DNA from: Vicinamibacterales bacterium
GTDB taxonomy: Bacteria; Acidobacteriota; Vicinamibacteria; Vicinamibacterales; 2-12-FULL-66-21
Direction of reading: 5' to 3'
Length of the DNA: 64,000 nt
Assembly (NCBI GenBank): GCA_035492775.1
Contig: DATJIW010000082.1
Span: 6,473-70,472, forward strand
Under the pieces are notes generated by a model, which was not told where the DNA came from, searched no databases, and worked only from the letters and a program-made list of their open reading frames with translations. Shown here one piece after another: positions 47,005 to 55,896 of this stretch. The translations under genes and the position numbers were made by a program. Numbering within the stretch: position 1 is the first letter of the stretch; every line of letters begins with the position of its first letter.

Positions 47005-47711
47005 GGGCGCACCCGCGGCGTGTAGTCAGGCCGGAATTTCCAGCCGGTCAGCATCGATTGGAAATTGTCCCAGCCGTGCAGCGCCACCATGATCAAATGG
47101 CCTGGAATAAACGAGAGGAAGCCGCACATGGCGAGGAAATGCAGCAGCCGCGCCGTGTGGTAGCCGCCGAACATCCAGGCAACGCCCGAAAGCTGCACGG
47201 GCTTGTACATGACGGCTCCGGTCGCGAGCGACAGGGCGCCGAACGCAAGCGTGCTGGTGTACGCGAGCTTCTGGAGGGCGTTGTACTGGCCCGTCGCGGC
47301 GGGCTTCGGCCCGAACAGGAAGTAATGACGAACCATCGGCCAAACGCCACGGACGTCCGCGAACGTGAAGAGCACGGTGCGGAAGTGGCCCGACAGCACC
47401 TGCGAGATGACGTAAAAGATCCCCGTCGCCGCGAAGATCCACATGAACGTGAAGTGCCATTGGAGGGCGCCGCCGAGCCAGCCTCCAAGGCGTACCGCCT
47501 CCGGTACTTTCTCGATCAGATCGGATTCGGGAATCTTGGCGCCAAAGCTCGGGAACGCCGTGAAGATCTGCAGTCCACTCATGACGAGCACGATCAGCGC
47601 GACGGCGTTGGTCCAGTGACAGATCCGCACGGCCCAGGGATGTTCGTACACCGGCGCGCTTGTCCGCTCCGCTGTCTCCACCACGGGAATATCGGGCGAC
47701 GCGTCGGTCAT
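47001..47711 (-). CDS. Cytochrome b561/PhsC-like membrane di-haem subunit
   Basis: WAVRICHWTNAVALIVLVMSGLQIF..., and conserved His in TM helices (WHFTFMW, HTARLLHFLAM). It is paired with the Mo-enzyme 3 nt upstream. Confidence 0.65.
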   Translation of the reverse strand: MTDASPDIPVVETAERTSAPVYEHPWAVRICHWTNAVALIVLVMSGLQIFTAFPSFGAKIPESDLIEKVPEAVRLGGWLGGALQWHFTFMWIFAATGIFYVISQVLSGHFRTVLFTFADVRGVWPMVRHYFLFGPKPAATGQYNALQKLAYTSTLAFGALSLATGAVMYKPVQLSGVAWMFGGYHTARLLHFLAMCGFLSFIPGHLIMVALHGWDNFQSMLTGWKFRPDYTPRVRP

Positions 47712-47714
47712 GAT

Positions 47715-48422
47715 TCACAGCCCGGCATACCAGCTGTACCCCTGGTCGCACCAATATCCGCGCTGCGCGGGGAGGACGTGCGTGACGTCGAGCGTCAGCA
47801 GATATTTCGCGTGCTTGTAACCGAGCTTCGTCGGCAGACTCAGGCGGAGCGGCGCCCCGTGTCCCGCATCGAGCGGGCGATCGTACATCTCGTAGCACAG
47901 GAGCGACTGCGGCTGCAGTGCCGTTTCCATGTCGAGCGACTCGTAGTAGTCGTCGGCGCACGTCACCACGACGAAGCGGGCTGCCGGGTCGGCTCCCACG
48001 AGAGCCAGAAAATCGGCGAGGCGCGCTCCGCCGAACCGACCGACGACGTCCCAGCCTTCGACGCAGACGTGGCGCGTGTTCTGGACGACCTTCGGCAGCG
48101 CGCGGATTTGATCGAGCGAATACGCGCCCGCCCGAGCCACGGCCCCCGAGACCCTGAGCGCCCACGTCGAAAAGTCGATCTGCGGTTCGAGGACGTCGTA
48201 GCCGTTGTAGGGAAAGTTCTCGAACGGAACGACCTCGCTCATGTCGCGCGACAGGACGGGATGCTGCTGCCGGAAGAGGAGTGCCGATGCGCGGTCGCTC
48301 CAGGACAGGCCCGCGTGGAGCAGTGGTTCCTGCAACCGGGGTACGGCGAATGCGCCCAGCGCCAGCACGGGAGTGAGCTTGAGCAGCTCCCGCCGCGTCA
48401 CGCCCCGGGGAGGGAAGGGCAT
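47715..48422 (-). CDS. Molybdopterin-dependent oxidoreductase (YedY/MsrP / sulfite-oxidase fold), Tat-exported
   Basis: VTRRELLKLTPVLALGAFA (Tat-like). HVCVEGW...GAPLRLSLPTKLGYKHAKYL is typical of the oxidoreductase molybdopterin-binding domain. Confidence 0.7.
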   Translation of the reverse strand: MPFPPRGVTRRELLKLTPVLALGAFAVPRLQEPLLHAGLSWSDRASALLFRQQHPVLSRDMSEVVPFENFPYNGYDVLEPQIDFSTWALRVSGAVARAGAYSLDQIRALPKVVQNTRHVCVEGWDVVGRFGGARLADFLALVGADPAARFVVVTCADDYYESLDMETALQPQSLLCYEMYDRPLDAGHGAPLRLSLPTKLGYKHAKYLLTLDVTHVLPAQRGYWCDQGYSWYAGL

Positions 48423-48459
48423 GGCGTGTATTGTACGGCGGTTCCCACGCCGTGGAACG

Positions 48460-48864
48460 TTACTGCGGAGGGTGGGGCGCGACGCCGGCGTAACCGGCCG
48501 GCGGACGCTTGGCGGTGCCCGCCACGTGCTGCTGTCCCCACTTGATCAACTCGCGAAGGACGGGCAGCAGATCACGGCCCCTGGCCGTGAGGACGTACTC
48601 GTCGCGCGGCGGACGCTCCTGATAGCGACGGCGTTCGACCAGACCCCGCTCTTCGAGCCGCTGGAGCCGTTCGGAAAGGATATTGGTCGAGATCCGCTCC
48701 GGCGAGTCCAGGAAGTCGGCGAAGCGCTGCTTTCCAAAGAACAGCAGGTCGCGGATCACGAGCAGCGTCCACGCGTCGCCGATGAGATCGAGCGCACCCG
48801 CAATCGGGCACGCCGAACGGAGGTCGGGACGGGCGGGCGCGCGGCGCGCGCGGCGGGCCATCAC
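48460..48864 (-). CDS. HxlR-family transcriptional regulator
   Basis: CPIAGALDLIGDAWTLLVIRDLLFFGKQRFADFLDSPERISTNILSERLQRLEERGLVERRRY. Confidence 0.85.
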   Translation of the reverse strand: MMARRARRAPARPDLRSACPIAGALDLIGDAWTLLVIRDLLFFGKQRFADFLDSPERISTNILSERLQRLEERGLVERRRYQERPPRDEYVLTARGRDLLPVLRELIKWGQQHVAGTAKRPPAGYAGVAPHPPQ

Positions 48865-48880
48865 CCGACTGTATCACGTC

Positions 48881-48939
48881 GCTTGCATTCCACAAGTCTC
48901 CTCGCATATAAACATAAAACTAAACTTGCATTGTGCAAG
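48881..48939. promoter_or_regulatory. Two related 15-mers, CTTGCATTCCACAAG (48881-48895) and the perfect palindrome CTTGCAttgTGCAAG (48925-48939), in the HxlR/DinB divergent region
   Basis: Read directly. Located in an AT-rich intergenic region between divergent genes. Candidate HxlR operator. Confidence 0.3.
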
Positions 48940-48964
48940 CAATGAACTGCGCAGGAGGCCCGCC

Positions 48965-49468
48965 ATGCCGTTGTCAACGGATGCGTTGATCGCCGAACTC
49001 GATGTGGAAGCCCCGATTACCCGGCGCGTGCTCGAACGCATGCCCGCCGACCGCTTCGACTGGCAGCCGCATCCCAAATCGATGACGGCCGGACAGCTCG
49101 CCCAGCACGTGGCGTCCATCCCGGGCAACGCGTCCCGGTTCCTGCACCTCGACGGATTCGATCTGTCGACGCGGCGTTTCGAATATCCGTCCTGCGATAG
49201 CCGCGAGGCGCTGCTCGCCACGCTGGATGCCTCCGTTGCGGCTGCCCGTGAGAGCCTGGCAGCGCTCGACGGTGCCCGCGCCGGCGAGATGTGGCGAATG
49301 ACCTTCGGTGACCGTGAAATCGCCAGGATGCCGCGCATCAACGTCATGCGCACGATCGGCCTGAACCACTGGTACCACCACCGCGGCGAACTCGTGGTGT
49401 ATCTGCGCCTGATGGGCGTACCCGTGCCGATCGTGTACGGCCGGAGCGCCGATGAGAGTCCTTTTTGA
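48965..49468 (+). CDS. DinB-family protein
   Basis: Internal ATG after AGGAGG. MPLSTDALIAELDVEAPITRRVLERMPADRFDWQPHPKSMTAGQLAQHVA...NHWYHHRGELVVYLR. Confidence 0.7.
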   Translation: MPLSTDALIAELDVEAPITRRVLERMPADRFDWQPHPKSMTAGQLAQHVASIPGNASRFLHLDGFDLSTRRFEYPSCDSREALLATLDASVAAARESLAALDGARAGEMWRMTFGDREIARMPRINVMRTIGLNHWYHHRGELVVYLRLMGVPVPIVYGRSADESPF

Positions 49469-49478
49469 GACCTGCGAT

Positions 49479-49554
49479 AACTCCCAACTCCCAACTTTTT
49501 CAGTTCGCAACTTGGGAATTGAGTTGGGAATTGGCAGTTGGGAATTGGGAGTTG
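49479..49554. repeat. AT-richer repeat cluster: CTCCCAACTCCCAAC, T5, then three copies of (C/G)TTGGGAATTG and a terminal TTGGGAGTTG complementary to the first element
   Basis: Read directly: aactcccaactcccaactttttcagttcgcaacttgggaattgagttgggaattggcagttgggaattgggagttg. It lies between the DinB stop (49468) and the M16 start (49591). Confidence 0.75.
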
Positions 49555-49590
49555 ACGAGCTCACCCGGAGTTCCTTGTTAGGATGGGAGC

Positions 49591-52455
49591 ATGCGTTTAC
49601 GCGTGCGACCCGTTCTTTGCTGCGCCGCCGTTCTCCTCTTTGCTGCACCCAGCGCGTACCCGCAGCAAGCGGCGCCGGGCCGCGATACGTCGGCCGCCTC
49701 CGTTCAGTCATACGCAGTCTCCCAGCAGATGCCCGTCGACCCCGAGGTCGTACTTGGCACGCTGCCGAACGGGCTCCGCTACTACGTCCGTGCGAACGGG
49801 CGGCCGGCACGGCGCGCGGAGCTGCGGCTCGTGGTCAAGGCGGGGTCCGTGCTCGAAGACGATGACCAGCGCGGGCTGGCGCATTTCGTCGAGCACATGG
49901 AGTTCGAAGGCACGGAACACTTTCCCGGACAGGGGATCGTGCAGTTCCTCGGGACGCTCGGGCTCGGCCTCGGTGCAGACGCGAACGCCGCGACCAGCTA
50001 CGACGACACGCAGTACACGCTGAGGGTGCCGACCGATACCCCTGGCGCCCTCGATCGCGCGATGCTCGTGCTCGAGGACTGGGCGCACGCAGCTGCCTTT
50101 GACGAGAACGGCATCGAGCGCGAGCGCGGCATCGTGCTCTCCGAATGGCGCGAGCAGCTGGGCGCGGGCGAACGGACGATGGACAAGATCCGCCAGGCGC
50201 AGCTGGCGGGCTCGCGGTACGTCGACCGGCCGCCAATCGGCAGCCCGGACATCATTCAGCACGCCCACCGCGACCAGCTCGTGCGCTTCTACCGCGACTG
50301 GTATCGCCCGGACCTGATGGCCGTTATTGTCGTCGGCGATTTCGATCGCGACGCTGTGACGGCGATGATCAAGCAGCATTTCTCGTCGCTGAAAGATCCG
50401 AACCCCGAGCGGCCGCGTCCGCAGTTCGACGTCCCCGAGCATCCCGGCACGCGCTACGCGATCGTCACCGACAAGGAAACGACGAACACGGCTGTCGAGC
50501 TCAGCGATCTGCGGCCGGCCCGCAACCAGGGCTCCGTTGGCGGCTATCGCGACATCATGCTCGACCAGCTCTTTGGCGCGATGCTGGGGTCACGGCTCGA
50601 CGAGCTGACGCAGAGCGCCGCGCCGCCCTTCCTTCGGGCGGCGGCCGATCGAGGGTTGTTCCCGATGCCGCGGACGAAGGACGAAGCGATTCTGCAGGCA
50701 CTCGTCTCACCGGACGGAATTACCCGGGGCCTCGACGCCCTCGTGACCGAACTTCAGCGCGTCGCGCGCTTCGGCTTCACCGCAACCGAGCTGGCGCGCG
50801 CGAAGCAGGCGATGATGCTCGGCTATGAACGCGTCGTGACCGAGAGTCCCGACCGTGAGTCCGCCAGCCGCGCCGACGAATACACGCGCAACTTCCTCGA
50901 GGATGAAGCCCTGCCGACGATCTGGCAGGAACTCGCCTTTCATCGGCGATTCATCCCCGGCATCACGCTCGCTGAGATCAACGCGTTGACCGCCGACTGG
51001 TTCCCCGAGCGCAACAGGCTCGTCGTGGTCTCGGCTCCCGAGACGACGTCGGTCGTCCTTCCGACGGACACGCAGCTGGCCGACGTCGTGAAGACGGCGT
51101 CGACGAAGAAGCTGCAGCCGTACGTCGATACCGCCGCCGGCGAATCGCTGATGAGCACGCCGCCGCCCCGTGGCTCGGTGACCAAAACCCTCGAACGCGG
51201 CGGAGGCGTGATCGAATGGACGCTCTCGAACGGTGCGACGGTCGTCCTCAAGCCCACCACGCTCAAGGAGGATCAGATCCTGTTCCGCGCGACGGCTCCC
51301 GGCGGCGCGTCGCTGGCCGACGACGCGGATTTCATTCCTGCGCGCGTGGCCGACGATGTGATCTATGCCGGGGGAGCCGGCAACTACAGCGCGGTGATGC
51401 TCGACAAGCTGCTGACGGGCAAGGCCGTGGTCGTCCGCCCCTTCATGGGCGAGCTGGACGAAGGCATGTCGGGCGGCAGCACGCCGCAGGATCTGGAATC
51501 ACTGTTTCAGCTGCTGTACCTGCGCTTCACGCAGCCTCGCGCGGATCCGACCGCGTTCGCGGCGATGGCCGCGCAGGCGAAGGGCCTTCTCGCGAATCAG
51601 CTCGCGAGCCCGGAGGTGGTATTCGACCAGGCGGTCGACGCGGCGTTGAGCCGCAACAGTCCGCGACGGCAGCCGGAGACGCCGGCCACCGTCGACCGGT
51701 GGGACCTGGCGAAGTCGCTCGCGTTTTACAAGGCGCGCTTTGCCGACGCGAGCAACTTCACGTTCGTCTTCGTCGGCAGCTTCACCCCGGAGGCGATCAA
51801 GCCGCTCGTCGAAACATACATCGCCAGCCTGCCCGCGACACACGCGCACGAGACCTGGCGCGACCTCAACATCAGGACGCCAGACGGCGTGGTCGACAAG
51901 ACCGTCGAGAAAGGCATCGCGCCGAAGAGCGAAGTCGCCATCGTGTTCTCGGGCCCGTTCCAGTACGACGATACTCACCGGCTCGCGCTGCGCGCGATGA
52001 CGATGGTGCTGCAGTCGCGCCTGTTCGACTCGATCCGCCAGGAGCTGGGAGGCACGTACAGCATCGACGCTTCGCCGGAGATGAGCAAGTTCCCGCAGCC
52101 GACCTACCGGGTGCGGATCGAATGGGCCAGCGACCCGCAGCGCACCGAGAGCCTGGTGCAGCGCGTGTTCGAGGAGCTGGACTTCGTCCGCAACACGCGG
52201 CTGACGCGTACTCAGATGTCGCTCGTGCGCCAGGCGCTCCTGCGGGACTACGAAACGAACAGCCAGGACAACGCGTATCTCCTGAACCAGATCTCGCGGA
52301 AGTACCAGGACGGCGATGCGGCAGGCGTCGGCGCCGTGTTCAATCTGCCCGACCGGGTGGCCGCGCTCACCGCCGATCAGATCCAGGCGGCGGCGCAGTC
52401 GTCCCTCGACATGAGCCGGTACGTCAAAGTGACGCTGGTGCCTCAGAAACAGTAA
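49591..52455 (+). CDS. M16 (pitrilysin/insulinase) family zinc peptidase, fused active plus inactive halves, secreted
   Basis: GLAHFVEHMEFEGTEHFP (HxxEH). 954 aa with a signal-like N-terminus (MRLRVRPVLCCAAVLLFAAPSAYP). Confidence 0.85.
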   Translation: MRLRVRPVLCCAAVLLFAAPSAYPQQAAPGRDTSAASVQSYAVSQQMPVDPEVVLGTLPNGLRYYVRANGRPARRAELRLVVKAGSVLEDDDQRGLAHFVEHMEFEGTEHFPGQGIVQFLGTLGLGLGADANAATSYDDTQYTLRVPTDTPGALDRAMLVLEDWAHAAAFDENGIERERGIVLSEWREQLGAGERTMDKIRQAQLAGSRYVDRPPIGSPDIIQHAHRDQLVRFYRDWYRPDLMAVIVVGDFDRDAVTAMIKQHFSSLKDPNPERPRPQFDVPEHPGTRYAIVTDKETTNTAVELSDLRPARNQGSVGGYRDIMLDQLFGAMLGSRLDELTQSAAPPFLRAAADRGLFPMPRTKDEAILQALVSPDGITRGLDALVTELQRVARFGFTATELARAKQAMMLGYERVVTESPDRESASRADEYTRNFLEDEALPTIWQELAFHRRFIPGITLAEINALTADWFPERNRLVVVSAPETTSVVLPTDTQLADVVKTASTKKLQPYVDTAAGESLMSTPPPRGSVTKTLERGGGVIEWTLSNGATVVLKPTTLKEDQILFRATAPGGASLADDADFIPARVADDVIYAGGAGNYSAVMLDKLLTGKAVVVRPFMGELDEGMSGGSTPQDLESLFQLLYLRFTQPRADPTAFAAMAAQAKGLLANQLASPEVVFDQAVDAALSRNSPRRQPETPATVDRWDLAKSLAFYKARFADASNFTFVFVGSFTPEAIKPLVETYIASLPATHAHETWRDLNIRTPDGVVDKTVEKGIAPKSEVAIVFSGPFQYDDTHRLALRAMTMVLQSRLFDSIRQELGGTYSIDASPEMSKFPQPTYRVRIEWASDPQRTESLVQRVFEELDFVRNTRLTRTQMSLVRQALLRDYETNSQDNAYLLNQISRKYQDGDAAGVGAVFNLPDRVAALTADQIQAAAQSSLDMSRYVKVTLVPQKQ

Positions 52456-52520
52456 TTGCGTGGCGTTCGCACGGGGGCGCGCGGGGCGCGGGCGAGCCCG
52501 GGCGCGCGGCCGCAGCGGCG

Positions 52521-53342
52521 TCACCGCGCGATGAATAACGAGGCGTCGACGCGCTGGAAGGGAAGGCCCTGCGCGTCGCGTCCGGTCACGGCAACCCGAA
52601 AGCCTTCCGCGCCCGGCGTGAAGCGCGACGTGAAGACGCCGTCATCTTCGCCGGCGGTCAATGTCAACGCCGCGATTCTCCTGAATGCCGCGTTCACGAC
52701 CGATGCCTGCACGTCGCGAACGTCGCCGCTGATGCGCAGGCGGACGACATTTTCGACGCCTGCAGCGGGCAGCGGACGAAAATCGGCGCCCGCCGCCGAA
52801 GCGAATTCCACCGAGGACAACACCACGCTGCCGCGCACCTGCACCATCACGCCGGCAATGCCGCTTCCGCCCGCGCGGATCTTCCAGTTCCCCGTTTCGG
52901 GGCTCGCCACGATCACCATCCGTTCGGCGCGAAAGTTCGAATAATCCGCCACGCCGTCGCCCGCGACGGGCGTGCCTGAAGGCGTGAGAATCTCGGCGTT
53001 CTGCAGGCACTGGACGGAGATCGAGAAGAGCGCGCTCGCCACCGAAGATTCGATCGGAACGTTGAACTCGTGAACGCCCGCGGTAATCGTGCCGGCGAGG
53101 CGGAAGACCGTCTGCGGGTGCCGATCGACCTCCAACAGCAGCGGCGTCGAGTCGGCGATCTCGTACGGCGCGAGCAGGAACAGATGTCCGCCCGTCGCCT
53201 CAGCCATATGGAAGTACGACGGATCGACACGCGCCCCGCACGGCCAGTCTGCCGCGCCACGAGACTGCTGTTGTCCGCGCTGAGGCCACGCGACGACGGC
53301 AACGGCTGCGGTCAGGCAGAGCGTGACGGTCGGAAAGTGCAT
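52521..53342 (-). CDS. Hypothetical secreted protein
   Basis: ATG at 53342 (MHFPTVTLCLTAAVAVVAWP). Beta-rich sequence. No family recognised. Confidence 0.45.
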   Translation of the reverse strand: MHFPTVTLCLTAAVAVVAWPQRGQQQSRGAADWPCGARVDPSYFHMAEATGGHLFLLAPYEIADSTPLLLEVDRHPQTVFRLAGTITAGVHEFNVPIESSVASALFSISVQCLQNAEILTPSGTPVAGDGVADYSNFRAERMVIVASPETGNWKIRAGGSGIAGVMVQVRGSVVLSSVEFASAAGADFRPLPAAGVENVVRLRISGDVRDVQASVVNAAFRRIAALTLTAGEDDGVFTSRFTPGAEGFRVAVTGRDAQGLPFQRVDASLFIAR

Positions 53343-53449
53343 AGACGCGAAAATGATAATCAAGTCAGCCACACCCATGACGCCATATCTGGCTCGAGGT
53401 CTGGCGTCGGGCATGTGACCTGCCGATAAGGACTGAAAAGGGAGGACTC

Positions 53450-54058
53450 ATGAAATCGCGCGTCCACTCATATGTCGGCTCGGGGTTAGTTGCAGTTGGA
53501 CTCGTGGCCGCCAGTGGGTGCAGCGCCGCCCCCACTTCGCCCGCGGGCGTCTCGTCCGCGGCCGCAATCCAGACGACATCTTCATCGCCAGCCTCAGGGT
53601 CATCGCTCCAGAGCGTCATGAAGAAATCCACGGTCCAGGGGACCTTCCCGCTCTCAGCGGGCACCTTCCAGATCGCAAATGGCGCCGGCGACAGCATCAG
53701 CGGCACTTACGCCGGGACGGCCGTCTTCAGCTCGAACGGGCCTGAGAAAGCCGCGTTGACGTTGCAGATCAGCGGCGGGACGGGCGCCTTCGCGGGTGCG
53801 AGCGGTACTGCACTCGCCACGGGAACTGGTGGTTTCGCTGACGAAGGCGCGTTCACCATCGACGCGCGCGGCGACGTCGCGCTGACGGGCGGCAAGCACG
53901 CGCAGATGACCTTCGGCCTGTCGGGCACGTCAAGCGTGAGCTGCTCGGCGACCAATCAGCTCACGATCAGCCAGTCAGGCGACGGCAGCATGGGACGAGC
54001 CGGACGCGTCCACGGTACGCTGCAGCACGTCGTCGGCAACGCCGACTGCGCTTCCTGA
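53450..54058 (+). CDS. Hypothetical lipoprotein (Gly/Ser/Thr-rich beta protein)
   Basis: GGGAGGA RBS. Lipobox LVAASGCSA. ISGGTGAFAGASGTA is a dirigent/AOC-barrel-like motif. It sits directly upstream of tagH. Confidence 0.55.
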   Translation: MKSRVHSYVGSGLVAVGLVAASGCSAAPTSPAGVSSAAAIQTTSSSPASGSSLQSVMKKSTVQGTFPLSAGTFQIANGAGDSISGTYAGTAVFSSNGPEKAALTLQISGGTGAFAGASGTALATGTGGFADEGAFTIDARGDVALTGGKHAQMTFGLSGTSSVSCSATNQLTISQSGDGSMGRAGRVHGTLQHVVGNADCAS

Positions 54059-54131
54059 TACCGTTCGGCATAAACGAGCGCCTGCCCCGGACACGTTCCG
54101 CGTCCGGCTCTCGTGATGCGGCACCGGGGAA

Positions 54132-55850
54132 ATGCCCGGCCGCGCCGCTGCCGATGACTCGCGAGCTGCAGTATCCTTTCAGTCGGTGACCCTCACCCTG
54201 GAACTGACCACCGCCTCGGGCGCCCGGGCCGGAGATGTCAGTCAGCGCGTCTTCGGCGAGGACGGCGGCACGATCGGGCGTGCGCCCAATAATTCATGGG
54301 TGCTGACCCATAACAAGGTTTCGGGCCGGCACGCCAATATCACGTTCCGGAACGGCGTCTTCTATATAGAGGATGTCAGCCGGAACGGCATCTCCGTGAA
54401 TTCGCCGGACAATCGGCTGGTTCACAATCGGCCGTACGCACTCAAGACGGGCGACCGCATCTTCATCGAGCCGTACGAGATCGGTGTCTGGATCGATGGA
54501 GACGCCGCACGATCCGGACGGGAGCCGATCGTGGATCCGTTTGCCGATCTGGATCCGTTTGCCGGGCCCGCCAACGCCGCCTCGAGTCCTGTCCTCCCCG
54601 AGACGCCGGGCAACGAAGTGGTCGATCCACTGCTGCTCATCGAGGGAGGCGCGCCGCCGCCGAAGCGATCCGCGCCGCCTCCGCCGCCGGCCGACAACTT
54701 TCTCGGGCAACATTATCAGCCGCCGGTAGTGCTCTCGCCGCCGCCGGCGCCGCGGCCGTCACCTGCAGGCCGGCCGAATGCTCCGTCGATCCCGGCGGGC
54801 TACAACCCGCTCGCGCCCGACGATTCGTCGGATCGGATGACACCGCCACGTCCAGTGCCAGCCGCTCGTCCGGTGGCGCCACCGGCATACAACCCGCTGG
54901 CCGTGGACGATCCGTTCGCCACCGCGCCAGCGCAGCCGCCGCCCGGTGTGCATCCGACTGCGCCGGTACCGATCGCGCCGACTCCTTCGCCGCCGCCCGC
55001 TGCAGGCTCCGTGGCATCGCCGCCTTTGCCTGTCGACGAGCCGATCGAAACGCCGCCTTCCGTCGTCCCGATCCGCCCCCGGCCCGGTGTTGATGCGACG
55101 CCGGCCAGGCGCCGATCCAAAGAGTCCTCGACGTCCGACTCACAGGCAGGCCGGCTCCCCGATCCCGCGCCCGTCGTGGTGACTCCGCCGGTCGTAGCTC
55201 AGAAAGCGGAACCGGCCTCACCCCCTGGTGTGAGCATCGATCTCGGCGCATTGCTCGCGGGTGCGGGCGTTCCCAACGGCGTTCTGACCCCCGAGCTGTC
55301 GCGGAGCCTTGGCGAGATCCTTCGTGTCGTCGTCATCGGCCTGATGGACGTGCTGCAATCACGTCAGCGCATCAAGGAAGAGTTCGGCATGCAGCAGACG
55401 ATCTTCCGGCCAGCTGACAACAATCCGCTGAAGTTCTCGGCCAACGTCGAGGATGCTCTCCACAATCTCTTCGTGAGGCGCAATCCTGCGTACCTTGGAA
55501 GCGTTGACGCTTTTTCCGACGCCTTTGACGATCTTCGGGACCATCAGCTCGCGGTGCTTGCCGGAATGCGCGTGGCGTTCGAGGCCATGCTGGCCGAGTT
55601 CGATCCGGATCGCCTGCAGCAGCAGTTCGACAAGCAGATGGGCGGCGGACTGGCGCTCATGCCGGCCAAGATGCGGTACTGGGAGCTGTTTCGCGCCCGC
55701 CGCGTGGAAATGGCCAAGGATCCGGAGGACACCTTCGAGCGGCTCTTCGGAGAGGAATTCCGTCGCGCGTACGAGGAGCAGTTCCGCCAGCTCAAATCAC
55801 AGCGCCGTCAGCGCAAGGACGGCCAGGGACCGCCCCCGGCCTCGAGCTGA
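54132..55850 (+). CDS. tagH: Type VI secretion FHA-domain protein TagH
   Basis: N-terminal FHA (GGTIGRAPNNSWVLTHNKVSGRHANITFRNGVFYIEDVSRNGISVN...LKTGDRIFIEPYEI). A long Pro-rich linker. A conserved TagH C-terminal region (LRVVVIGLMDVLQSRQRIKEEF...NPLKFS...). A GTG at 54186 (VTLTLELTT) is an alternative start. Confidence 0.8.
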   Translation: MPGRAAADDSRAAVSFQSVTLTLELTTASGARAGDVSQRVFGEDGGTIGRAPNNSWVLTHNKVSGRHANITFRNGVFYIEDVSRNGISVNSPDNRLVHNRPYALKTGDRIFIEPYEIGVWIDGDAARSGREPIVDPFADLDPFAGPANAASSPVLPETPGNEVVDPLLLIEGGAPPPKRSAPPPPPADNFLGQHYQPPVVLSPPPAPRPSPAGRPNAPSIPAGYNPLAPDDSSDRMTPPRPVPAARPVAPPAYNPLAVDDPFATAPAQPPPGVHPTAPVPIAPTPSPPPAAGSVASPPLPVDEPIETPPSVVPIRPRPGVDATPARRRSKESSTSDSQAGRLPDPAPVVVTPPVVAQKAEPASPPGVSIDLGALLAGAGVPNGVLTPELSRSLGEILRVVVIGLMDVLQSRQRIKEEFGMQQTIFRPADNNPLKFSANVEDALHNLFVRRNPAYLGSVDAFSDAFDDLRDHQLAVLAGMRVAFEAMLAEFDPDRLQQQFDKQMGGGLALMPAKMRYWELFRARRVEMAKDPEDTFERLFGEEFRRAYEEQFRQLKSQRRQRKDGQGPPPASS

Positions 55851-55896
55851 GTACGCGCCGGGACCCGCATTCGTGTAGATTGTTCGGCACACGTCG

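Noticed and set aside
46728-48545. 605 aa plus-strand ORF
   Set aside because: It is antisense to the small Cys protein / cytochrome b / Mo-oxidoreductase operon, and it has no recognisable motifs.
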